NCBI RefSeq assembly: GCF_964355755.1
Contig: NC_092670.1
Span: forward strand, 27,702,388-27,766,387
Reading direction: 5' to 3'
From: Antedon mediterranea
Lineage: Eukaryota > Animalia > Echinodermata
Length of the DNA stretch: 64,000 nucleotides
Shown here: positions 26,032-39,026 of the stretch, piece after piece
Layout: every line of letters begins with the position of its first letter
Numbering within the stretch: the first letter of the stretch is position 1
Made by a program: the position numbers and the translations under genes
Notes under the pieces: generated by a model
Told to the model about the DNA's origin: nothing
What the model saw: only the letters and a program-made list of their open reading frames with translations
Databases searched by the model: none

Positions 26032-29000
26032 CTAAGCACTTTGGTGTTTTTATGTTTTCGAAAATCACAAAATGGTCTAAAACGTCTCCAAATGCGATTT
26101 GAAGCTATTCTAAGCACTTTGGTGTTTTTATGTTAACAAGTTTTTTCGAAAATCACAAAATGGTGTAAAACTTCTCCAAATACGATTTTAAGCTATTCTA
26201 AGCAATTTGGTGTTTTTATGTTAACAACTTTTTTAGAAAATCACAAAATGGTATAAAACGTCTCCAAATACGATTTGAAGCAATTCTAAGCACTTTGGTG
26301 TTTTTATGTTAACAAGTTTTTTCGAAAATCACAAAATGGTCTAAAATGTCTCCAAATGCGATTTTAAGGTATTCTAAGCACTTTGGTGTTTTTATGGTAA
26401 CGAGTTATTTTGAAAATCACAAAATGGTCTAAAACGTCTCCAAATGCGATTTGAAGCTATTCTGTACACTTTGCTGTTTTGTGTGAATAATTTTTGTCAA
26501 AATGCTCAAAATGGTCAAAAACGTTTTTAAATACTATATTAAGCTATTTTGTGCTCTTTGATGTTTTTGTGTGAAAAGTTTTATCGAAATGCTCAAAATG
26601 GTCTAAAACGGTTTCTAATGTGATTTTAAGCACTTTGATGTTTTTATGTTAACAACTTTTTTAGAAAATTACAAAATGGTGTAAAACGTCTCCAAATGCG
26701 ATTTGAAGCTATTCTAAGCAATTTGGTGTTTTTATGTTAACAAGTTTTTTCGAAAATCACAAAATGGTCTAAAACGTCTCCAAATGCGATTTGAAGCTAT
26801 TCTAAGCACTTTTGTGTTTTTATGTTAACAAGTTTTTTCGAAAATCACAAAATGGTCTAAAATGTCTCCAAATGCGATTTGAAGCTTTTCTAAGCACTTT
26901 TGTGTTTTTATGTTTACAAGTTTTTTCGAAAATCACAAAATGGTCTAAAACGTCTCCAAATGCGATTTGAAGCTATTCTGTACACTTTGCTGTTTTGTGT
27001 GAATAATTTTTGTCAAAATGCTCAAAATGGTCAAAAACGTTTTTAAATACTATATTAAGCTATTTTGTGTTCTTTGATGTTTTTATGTGAAAAGTTTTAT
27101 CGAAATGCTCAAAATGGTCTAAAACGGTTTCTAATGTGATTTTAAGAACTTTGATGTTTTTATGTTAAAAACTTTTTTAGAAAATCACAAAATGGTCTAA
27201 AACGTCTCCAAATGCGATTTGAAGCAATTCTAAGCACTTTGGTGTTTTTATGTTAACACGTTTTTTCGAAAATCACAAAATGGTCTAAAACGTCTCCAAA
27301 TGCGATTTGAAGCTATTCTAAGCACTTTTGTGTTTTTATGTTAACAAGTTTTTTCGAAAATCACAAAATGGTCTAAAATGTCTCCAAATGCGATTTTAAG
27401 GTATTCTAAGCACTTTGGTGTTGTTATGTTAACAAGTTTTTTTGAAAATCACAAAATGGTCTAAAACGTCTACAAATGCGATTTGAAGCTATTCTAAGCA
27501 CTTTGGTGTTTTTATGTTAACAAGTTTTTTTCGAAAATCACAAAATGGTGTAAAACGTCTCCAAATGCGATTTTAAGCTATTCTAAGCAATTTGGTGTTT
27601 TTATGTTAACAAGTTTTTTCGAAAATCACAAAATGGTCTAAAACGTCTCCAAATGCGATTTGAAGCTATTCTGTACACTTTGCTGTTTTGTGAGAATAAT
27701 TTTTGTCGAAATGCTCAAAATGGTCAAAAACGTTTTTAAATACGATATTAAGCTATTTTGTGCTCTTTGATGTTTTTGTGTAAAAAGTTTTATCGAAATG
27801 CTCAAAATGGTCTAAAACGGTTTCTAATGTGATTTTAAGCACTTTGATGTTTTTATGTTAACAACTTTTTTAGAAAATTACAAAATGGTGTAAAACGTCT
27901 CCAAATGCGATTTGAAGCTATTCTAAGCAATTTCGTGTTTTTATGTTAACAAGTTTTTTCGAAAATCACAAAATGGTCTAAAACGTCTCCAAATGCGATT
28001 TGAAGCTATTCTAAGCACTTTTGTGTTTTTATGTTAACAAGTTTTTTCGAAAATCACAAAATGGTCTAAAATGTCTCCAAATGCGATTTTAAGGTATTCT
28101 AAGCACTTTGGTGTTTTTATGTTAACAAGTTTTTTCGAAAATCACAAAATGGTCTAAAACGTCTCCAAATGCGATTTGAAGCTATTCTGTACACTTTGCT
28201 GTTTTGTGTGAATAATTTTTGTCGAAATGCTCAAAATGGTCAAAAACGTTTTTAAATACGATATTAAGCTATTTTGTGCTCTTTGATGTTTTTGTGTGAA
28301 AAGTTTTATCGAAATGCTCAAAATGGTCTAAAACGGTTTCTAATGTGATTTTAAGCACTTTGATGTTTTTATGTTAACAACTTTTTTAGAAAATCACAAA
28401 ATGGTCTAAAACGTCTCCAAATGCGATTTGAAGCAATTCTAAGCACTTTGGTGTTTTTATGGTAACGAGTTTTTTTGAATATCACAAAATGGTCTAAAAT
28501 GTCTCCAAATGCGATTTAAAGCTAATCTGTACACTTTGATGTTTTTTTGTTAACCAGTTTTTTCGAAAGTCACAAAATGGTCTAAAACGTCTCCAAATGC
28601 GATTTGAAGCTATTCTAAGCACTTTGGTGTTTTTATGTTAACAAGTTTTTTCGAAAATCACAAAATGGTGTAAAACGTCTCCAAATGCGATTTGAAGCTA
28701 TTCTAAGCACTTTGGTGTTTTTATGTTAACAAGTTTTTTCGAAAATCACAAAATGGTGTAAAACTTCTCCAAATACGATTTTAAGCTATTCTAAGCAATT
28801 TGGTGTTTTTATGTTAACAAGTTTTTTCGAAAATCACAAAATGGTATAAAACGTCTCCAAATACGATTTGAAGCAATTCTAAGCACTTTGGTGTTTTTAT
28901 GTTAACAAGTTTTTTCGAAAATCACAAAATGGTATAAAACGTCTCCAAATGCGATTTTAAGGTATTCTAAGCACTTTGGTGTTTTTATGTTAACAAGTTT

Positions 29001-32000
29001 TTTCGAAAATCACAAAATGGTCTAAAACGTCTCCAAATGCGATTTGAAGCTATTCTGTACACTTTGCTGTTTTGTGTGAATAATTTTTGTCGAAATGCTC
29101 AAAATGGTCAAAAACGTTTTTAAATACGATATTAAGCTATTTTGTGCTCTTTGATGTTTTTGTGTGAAAAGTTTTATCGAAATGCTCAAAATGGTCTAAA
29201 ACGGTTTCTAATGTGATTTTAAGCACTTTGATGTTTTTATGTTAACAACTTTTTTAGAAAATCACAAAATGGTCTAAAACGTCTCCAAATGCGATTTGAA
29301 GCAATTCTAAGCACTTTGGTGTTTTTATGGTAACGAGTTTTTTTGAATATCACAAAATGGTCTAAAACGTCTCCAAATGCGATTTGAAGCTATTCTAAGC
29401 ACTTTGGTGTTTTTATGTTAACAAGTTTTTTCGAAAATCACAAAATGGTGTAAAACGTCTCCAAATGCGATTTGAAGCTATTCTAAGCACTTTGGTGTTA
29501 TTATGTTAACAAGTTTTTTCGAAAATCACAAATTGGTCTAAAACGTCTCCAAATGCGATTTGAAGCTATTTTAAGCACTTTGGTGTTTTTGTGTAACCAA
29601 GTTTTTTCGAAAATCACAAAAGGGTCTAAAATGTCTCAAATTGCGATTTGAAGCTATTCTGTACACTTTGATGTTTTTTTGTTAACAAGTTTTTTCGAAA
29701 GTCACAAAATGGTCTAAAACGTCTCCAAATGCGATTTGAAGCTATTCTAAGCACTTTGGTGTTTTTATGTTAACAAGTTTTTTCGAAAATCACAAAATGG
29801 TGTAAAACGTCTCCAAATGCGATTTGAAGCTATTCTAAGCACTTTGGTGTTTTTATGTTAACAAGTTTTTTCGAAAATCACAAAATGGTGTAAAACTTCT
29901 CCAAATACGATTTTAAGCTATTCTAAGCAATTTGGTGTTTTTATGTTAACAAGTTTTTTCGAAAATCACAAAATGGTCTAAAACGTCTCCAAATGCGATT
30001 TGAAGCTATTCTGTACACTTTGCTGTTTTGTGTGAATAATTTTTGTTGAAATGCTCAAAATGGTCAAAAACGTTTTTAAATACTATATTAAGCTATTTTG
30101 TGTTCTTTGATGTTTTTGTGTGAAAAGTTTTATCGAAATGCTCAAAATGGTCTAAAACAGTTTCTAATGTGATTTTAAGCACTTTGATGTTTTTATGTTA
30201 ACAACTTTTTTAGAAAATCACAAAATGGTCTAAAACGTCTCCAAATGCGATTTGAAGCAATTCTAAGCACTTTGGTGTTTTTATGTTAACAAGTTTTTTC
30301 GAAAATCACAAAATGGTATAAAACGTCTCCAAATGCGATTTGAAGCAATTCTAAGCACTTTGGTGTTTTTATGTTAACAAGTTTTTTCGAAAATCACAAA
30401 ATGGTATAAAACGTCTCCAAATGCGATTTTAAGGTATTCTAAGCACTTTGGTGTTTTTATGTTAACAAGTTTTTTCGAAAATCACAAAATGGTCTAAAAC
30501 GTCTCCAAATGCGATTTGAAGCTATTCTGTACACTTTGCTGTTTTGTGTGAATAATTTTTGTCGAAATGCTCAAAATGGTCAAAAACGTTTTTAAATACG
30601 ATATTAAGCTATTTTGTGCTCTTTGATGTTTTTGTGTGAAAAGTTTTATCGAAATGCTCAAAATGGTCTAAAACGGTTTCTAATGTGATTTTAAGCACTT
30701 TGATGTTTTTATGTTAACAACTTTTTTAGAAAATCACAAAATGGTCTAAAACGTCTCCAAATGCGATTTGAAGCAATTCTAAGCACTTTGGTGTTTTTAT
30801 GGTAACGAGTTTTTTTGAATATCACAAAATGGTCTAAAATGTCTCCAAATGCGATTTGAAGCTAATCTGTACACTTTGATGTTTTTTTGTTAACAAGTTT
30901 TTTCGAAAGTCACAAAATGGTCTAAAACGTCTCCAAATGTGATTTGAAGCTATTCTAAACACTTTGGTGTTTTTATGTTAACAAGTTTTTTCGAAAATCA
31001 CAAATTGGTCTAAAACGTCTCCAAATGCGATTTGAAGCTAGTTTAAGCACTTTGGTGTTTTTGTGTAACCAAGTTTTTTCGAAAATCACAAAAGGGTCTA
31101 AAATGTCTCAAAATGCGATTTGAAGCTATTCTGTACACTTTGATGTTTTTTTTGTTAACAAGTTTTTTCGAAAGTCACAAAATGGTCTAAAACGTCTCCA
31201 AATGCGATTTGAAGCTATTCTAAGCACTTTGGTGTTTTTATGTTAACAAGTTTTTTCGAAAATCACAAAATGGTGTAAAACGTCTCCAAATGCGATTTGA
31301 AGCTATTCTAAGCAATTTGGTGTTTTTATGTTAATAAGTTTTTTCGAAAATCACAAAATGGTGTAAAACGTCTCCAAATGCGATTTTAAGCTATTCTAAG
31401 CAATTTGGTGTTTTTTTATGTTAACAAGTTTTTTCGAAAATCACAAAATGGTCTAAAACGTCTCCAAATGCGATTTGTAGCTATTCTGTACACTTTGCTG
31501 TTTTGTGAGAATATTTTTTGTCGAAATGCTCAAAATGGTCAAAAACGTTTTTAAATACGATATTAAGCTATTTTGTGCTCTTTGATGTTTTTGTGTGAAA
31601 AGTTTTATCGAAATGCTCAAAATGGTCTAAAACGGTTTCTAATGTGATTTTAAGCACTTTGGTGTTTTTATGTTAACAAGTTTTTTCGAAAATCACAAAA
31701 TGGTCTAAAACGTCTCCAAATGTGATTTGAAGCTATTCTAAACACTTTGGTGTTTTTATGTTAACAAGTTTTTTCGAAAATCACAAATTGGTCTAAAACG
31801 TCTCCAAATGCGATTTGAAGCTATTTTAAGCACTTTGGTGTTTTTGTGTAACCAAGTTTTTTCGAAAATCACAAAAGGGTCTAAAATGTCTCAAAATGCG
31901 ATTTGAAGCTATTCTGTACACTTTGATGTTTTTTTGTTAACAAGTTTTTTCGAAAGTCACAAAATGGTCTAAAACGTCTCCAAATGCGATTTGAAGCTAT

Positions 32001-35000
32001 TCTAAGCACTTTGCTGTTTTGTGTGAATAATTTTTGTCGAAATGCTCAAAATGGTCAAAAACGTTTTTAAATACGATTTTAAGCTATTTTGTGCTCTTTG
32101 ATGTTTTTGTGTGAAAAGTTTTATCGAAATGCTCAAAATGGTCTAAAACGGTTTCTAATGTGATTTTAAGCACTTTGATGTTTTTATGTTAACAACTTTT
32201 TTAGAAAATCACAAAATGGTCTAAAACGTCTCCAAATGCGATTTGAAGCAATTCTAAGCACTTTGGTGTTTTTATGGTAACGAGTTTTTTTGAATATCAC
32301 AAAATGGTCTAAAATGTCTCCAAATGCGATTTGAAGCTTTTCTAAGCACTTTGGTGTTTTTATGTTAACAAGTTTTTTCGAAAATCACAAAATGGTCTAA
32401 AACGTCTCCAAATGCGATTTGAAGCTATTCTGTACACTTTGCTGTTTTGTGTGAATAATTTTTGTCGAAATGCTCAAAATGGTCAAAAACGTTTTTAAAT
32501 ACGATATTAAGCTATTTTGTGCTCTTTGATGTTTTTGTGTGAAAAGTTTTATCGAAATGCTCAAAATGGTCTAAAACGGTTTCTAATGTGATTTTAAGCA
32601 CTTTGATGTTTTTATGTTAACAACTTTTTTAGAAAATTACAAAATGGTGTAAAACGTCTCCAAATGCGATTTGAAGCTATTCTAAGCAATTTGGTGTTTT
32701 TATGTTAACAAGTTTTTTCGAAAATCACAAAATGGTCTAAAACGTCTCCAAATGCGATTTGAAGCTATTCTAAGCACTTTTGTGTTTTTATGTTAACAAG
32801 TTTTTTCGAAAATCACAAAATGGTCTAAAATGTCTCCAAATGCGATTTGAAGCTTTTCTAAGCACTTTTGTGTTTTTATGTTTACAAGTTTTTTCGAAAA
32901 TCACAAAATGGTCTAAAACGTCTCCAAATGCGATTTGAAGCTATTCTGTACACTTTGCTGTTTTGTGTGAATAATTTTTGTCAAAATGCTCAAAATGGTC
33001 AAAAACGTTTTTAAATACTATATTAAGCTATTTTGTGTTCTTTGATGTTTTTATGTGAAAAGTTTTATCGAAATGCTCAAAATGGTCTAAAACGGTTTCT
33101 AATGTGATTTTAAGAACTTTGATGTTTTTATGTTAAAAACTTTTTTAGAAAATCACAAAATGGTCTAAAACGTCTCCAAATGCGATTTGAAGCAATTCTA
33201 AGCACTTTGGTGTTTTTATGTTAACATGTTTTTTCGAAAATCACAAAATGGTCTACAACGTCTCCAAATGCGATTTGAAGATATTCTAAGCACTTTGGTG
33301 TTTTTATGTTAACAAGTTTTTTCGAAAATCACAAAGTGGTATAAAACGTCTCCAAATGCGATTTTAAGGTATTCTAAGCACTTTGGTGTTTTTATGTTAA
33401 CAAGTTTTTTCGAAAATCACAAAATGGTCTAAAACGTCTCCAAATGTGATTTGAAGCTATTCTAAACACTTTGGTGTTTTTATGTTAACAAGTTTTTTTG
33501 AAAATCACAAATTGGTCTAAAACGTCTCCAAATGCGATTTGAAGCTATTTTAAGCACTTTGGTGTTTTTGTGTAACCAAGTTTTTTCGAAAATCACAAAA
33601 GGGTCTAAAATGTCTCAAAATGCGATTTGAAGCTATTCTGTACACTTTGATGTTTTTATGTTAACAACTTTTTTAGAAAATCACAAAATGGTCTAAAACG
33701 TCTCCAAATGCGATTTGAAGCAATTCTAAGCACTTTGGTGTTTTTATGGTAACGAGTTTTTTTGAATATCACAAAATGGTCTAAAATGTCTCCAAATGCG
33801 ATTTGAAGCTTTTCTAAGCACTTTGGTGTTTTTATGTTAACAAGTTTTTTCGAAAATCACAAAATGGTCTAAAACGTCTCCAAATGCGATTTGAAGCTAT
33901 TCTGTACACTTTGCTGTTTTGTGTGAATAATTTTTGTCGAAATGCTCAAAATGGTCAAAAACGTTTTTAAATACGATATTAAGCTATTTTGTGCTCTTTG
34001 ATGTTTTTGTGTGAAAAGTTTTATCGAAATGCTCAAAATGGTCTAAAACGGTTTCTAATGTGATTTTAAGCACTTTGATGTTTTTATGTTAACAACTTTT
34101 TTCGAAAATCACAAAATGGTCTAAAACGTCTCCAAATGCGATTTGAAGCTATTCTAAGCACTTTGGTGTTTTTATGTTAACAAGTTTTTTCGAAAATCAC
34201 AAAATGGTGTAAAACGTCTCCAAATGCGATTTGAAGCTATTCTAAGCAATTTTGTGTTTTTATGTTAACAAGTTTTTTCGAAAATCACAAAATGGTCTAA
34301 AACGTCTCCAAATGCGATTTGAAGCTATTCTAAGCACTTTTGTGTTTTTATGTTAACAAGTTTTTTCGAAAATCACAAAATGGTCTAAAATGTCTCAAAA
34401 TGCGATTTGAAGCTATTCTGTACACTTTGCTGTTTTGTGTGAATAATTTTTGTCAAAATGCTCAAAATGGTCAAAAACGTTTTTAAATACTATATTAAGC
34501 TATTTTGTGTTCTTTGATGTTTTTGTGTGAAAAGTTTTTTCGAAATGCTCAAAATGGTCTAAAACGGTTTCTAATGTGATTTTAAGCACTTTGATGTTTT
34601 TATGTTAACAACTTTTTTAGAAAATTACAAAATGGTCTAAAACGTCTCCAAATGCGATTTGAAGCAATTCTAAGCACTTTGGTGTTTTTATGTTAACAAG
34701 TTTTTTCGAAAATCACAAAATGGTCTAAAACGTCTCCAAATGCGATTTGAAGCTATTCGGTACACTTTGCTGTTTTGTGTGAATAATTTTTGTTGAAATG
34801 CTCAAAATGGTCAAAAACGTTTTTAAATACGATATTAAGCTATTTTGTGCTCTTTGATGTTTTTGTGTGAAAAGTTTTATCGAAATGCTCAAAATGGTCT
34901 AAAACGGTTTCTAATGTGATTTTAAGCACTTTGGTGTTTTTATGTTAACAAGTTTTTTCGAAAATCACAAAATGGTCTAAAATGTCTCCAAATGCGATCT

Positions 35001-38000
35001 GAAGCTTTTCTAAGCACTTTGGTGTTTTTATGTTAACAAGTTTTTTCGAAAATCACAAAATGGTCTAAAACGTCTCCAAATGTGATTTGAAGCTATTCTA
35101 AACACTTTGGTGTTTTTATGTTAACAAGTTTTTTCGAAAATCACAAATTGGTCTAAAACGTCTCCAAATGCGATTTGAAGCTATTTTAAGCACTTTGGTT
35201 TTTTTGTGTAACCAAGTTTTTTCGAAAATCACAAAAGGGTCTAAAATGTCTCAAAATGCGATTTGAAGCTATTCTGTACACTTTGATGTTTTTTTGTTAA
35301 CAAGTTTTTTCGAAAGTCACAAAATGGTCTAAAAAGTCTCCAAATGCGATTTGAAGCTATTCTAAGCACTTTGGTGTTTTTATGTTAACAAGTTCTATCG
35401 AAAATCACAAAATGGTGTAAAACGTCTCCAAATGCGATTTGAAGCTATTCTAAGCACTTTGGTGTTTTTATGTTAACAAGTTTTTTCGAAAATCACAAAA
35501 TGGTGTAAAACGTCTCCAAATGCGATTTTAAGCTATTCTAAGCAATTTGGTGTTTTTATGTTAACAAGTTTTTTCGAAAATCACAAAATGGTCTAAAACG
35601 TCTCCAAATGCGATTTGAAGCTATTCTGTACACTTTGCTGTTTTGTGAGAATAATTTTTGTCGAAATGCTCAAAATGGTCAAAAACGTTTTTAAATACGA
35701 TATTAAGCTATTTTGTGCTCTTTGATGTTTTTGTGTGAAAAGTTTTATCGAAATGCTCAAAATGGTCTAAAACGGTTTCTAATGTGATTTTAAGCACTTT
35801 GATGTTTTTATGTTAACAACTTTTTTAGAAAATTACAAAATGGTGTAAAACGTCTCCAAATGCGATTTGAAGCTATTCTAAGCAATTTCGTGTTTTTATG
35901 TTAACAAGTTTTTTCGAAAATCACAAAATGGTCTAAAACGTCTCCAAATGCGATTTGAAGCTATTCTAAGCACTTTTGTGTTTTTATGTTAACAAGTTTT
36001 TTCGAAAATCACAAAATGGTCTAAAACGTCTCCAAATGCGATTTGAAGCTATTCTGTACACTTTGCTGTTTTGTGTGAATAATTTTTTGTCGAAATGCTC
36101 AAAATGGTCAAAAACGTTTTTAAATACGATATTAAGCTATTTTGTGCTCTTTGATGTTTTTGTGTGAAAAGTTTTATCGAAATGCTCAAAATGGTCTAAA
36201 ACGGTTTCTAATGTGATTTTAAGCACTTTGATGTTTTTATGTTAACAACTTTTTTAGAAAATCACAAAATGGTCTAAAACGTCTCCAAATGCGATTTGAA
36301 GCAATTCTAAGCACTTTGGTGTTTTTATGGTAACGAGTTTTTTTGAATATCACAAAATGGTCTAAAACGTCTCCAAATGCGATTTGAAGCTTTTCTAAGC
36401 ACTTTGGTGTTTTTATGTTTACAAGTTTTTTCGAAAATCACAAAATGGTCTAAAACGGCTCCAAATACGATTTGAAGCTATTCTAAGCACTTTGGTGTTT
36501 TTATGTTAACAAGTTTTTTCGAAAATCACAAAATGGTCTAAAACGTCTCCAAATGCGATTTGAAGCTATTCTAAGCACTTTGGTGTTTTTATGTTAACAA
36601 GTTTTTTCGAAAATCACAAAATGGTGTAAAACGTCTCCAAATGCGATTTGAAGCTATTCTAAGCACTTTTGTGTTTTTATGTTAACAAGTTTTTTCGAAA
36701 ATCACAAAATGGTCTAAAATGTCTCAAAATGCGATTTGAAGCTATTCTGTACACTTTGCTGTTTTGTGTGAATAATTTTTGTCAAAATGCTCAAAATGGT
36801 CAAAAACGTTTTTAAATACTATATTAAGCTATTTTGTGTTCTTTGATGTTTTTGTGTGAAAAGTTTTTTCGAAATGCTCAAAATGGTCTAAAACGGTTTC
36901 TAATGTGATTTTAAGCACTTTGATGTTTTTATGTTAACAACTTTTTTAGAAAATTACAAAATGGTCTAAAACGTCTCCAAATGCGATTTGAAGCAATTCT
37001 AAGCACTTTGGTGTTTTTATGTTAACAAGTTTTTTCGAAAATCACAAAATGGTCTAAAACGTCTCCAAATGCGATTTGAAGCTATTCTGTACACTTTGCT
37101 GTTTTGTGTGAATAATTTTTGTTGAAATGCTCAAAATGGTCAAAAACGTTTTTAAATACGATATTAAGCTATTTTGTGCTCTTTGATGTTTTTGTGTGAA
37201 AAGTTTTATCGAAATGCTCAAAATGGTCTAAAACGGTTTCTAATGTGATTTTAAGCACTTTGGTGTTTTTATGTTAACAAGTTTTTTCGAAAATCACAAA
37301 ATGGTCTAAAACGTCTCCAAATGTGATTTGAAGCTATTCTAAACACTTTGGTGTTTTTATGTTAACAAGTTTTTTCGAAAATCACAAATTGGTCTAAAAC
37401 GTCTCCAAATGCGATTTGAAGCTATTTTAAGCACTTTGGTGTTTTTGTGTAACCAAGTTTTTTCGAAAATCACAAAAGGGTCTAAAATGTCTCAAAATGC
37501 GATTTGAAGCTATTCTGTACACTTTGATGTTTTTTTGTTAACAAGTTTTTTCGAAAGTCACAAAATGGTCTAAAAAGTCTCCAAATGCGATTTGAAGCTA
37601 TTCTAAGCACTTTGGTGTTTTTATGTTAACAAGTTTTATCGAAAATCACAAAATGGTGTAAAACGTCTCCAAATGCGATTTGAAGCTATTCTAAGCACTT
37701 TGGTGTTTTTATGTTAACAAGTTTTTTCGAAAATCACAAAATGGTGTAAAACGTCTCCAAATGCGATTTTAAGCTATTCTAAGCAATTTGGTGTTTTTAT
37801 GTTAACAAGTTTTTTCGAAAATCACAAAATGGTCTAAAACGTCTCCAAATGCGATTTGAAGCTATTCTGTACACTTTGCTGTTTTGTGAGAATAATTTTT
37901 GTCGAAATGCTCAAAATGGTCAAAAACGTTTTTAAATACGATATTAAGCTATTTTGTGCTCTTTGATGTTTTTGTGTGAAAAGTTTTATCGAAATGCTCA

Positions 38001-38871
38001 AAATGGTCTAAAACGGTTTCTAATGTGATTTTAAGCACTTTGATGTTTTTATGTTAACAACTTTTTTAGAAAATTACAAAATGGTGTAAAACGTCTCCAA
38101 ATGCGATTTGAAGCTATTCTAAGCAATTTCGTGTTTTTATGTTAACAAGTTTTTTCGAAAATCACAAAATGGTCTAAAACGTCTCCAAATGCGATTTGAA
38201 GCTATTCTAAGCACTTTTGTGTTTTTATGTTAACAAGTTTTTTCGAAAATCACAAAATGGTCTAAAATGTCTCCAAATGCGATTTTAAGGTATTTTAAGC
38301 ACTTTGGTGTTTTTGTGTAACCAAGTTTTTTCGAAAATCACAAAAGGGTCTAAAATGTCTATAAATGCGATTTGAAGCTATTCTGTACACTTTGATGTTT
38401 TTTTGTTAACAAGTTTTTTCGAAAGTCACAAAATGGTCTAAAACGTCTCCAAATGCGATTTGAAGCTATTCTAAGCACTTTGGTGTTTTTATGTTAACAA
38501 GTTTTTTCGAAAATCACAAAATGGTGTAAAACGTCTCCAAATGCGATTTGAAGCTATTCTAAGCACTTTGGTGTTTTTATGTTAACAAGTTTTTTCGAAA
38601 ATCACAAAATGGTGTAAAACTTCTCCAAATACGATTTTAAGCTATTCTAAGCAATTTGGTGTTTTTATGTTAACAAGTTTTTTCGAAAATCACAAAATGG
38701 TCTAAAACGTCTCCAAATGCGATTTGAAGCTATTCTGTACACTTTGCTGTTTTGTGTGAATAATTTTTGTTGAAATGCTCAAAATGGTCAAAAACGTTTT
38801 TAAATACTATATTAAGCTATTTTGTGTTCTTTGATGTTTTTGTGTGAAAAGTTTTATCGAAATGCTCAAAA

Positions 38872-39026
38872 TGGTCTAAAACGGTTTCTAATGTGATTTT
38901 AAGCACTTTGATGTTTTTGTGTGAAAAGTTTTATCGAAATGCTCAAAATGGTCTAAAACGGTTTCTAATGTGATTTTAAGCACTTTGATGTTTTTATGTT
39001 AACAACTTTTTTAGAAAATCACAAAA
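38872..39026 (+). repeat. Local 77-bp tandem duplication of the short C monomer (B-C-C)
   Basis: TGG anchors at 38872, 38949 (+77) and 39027 (+78). CGGTTTCTAATG occurs in two consecutive monomers. Confidence 0.93.
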
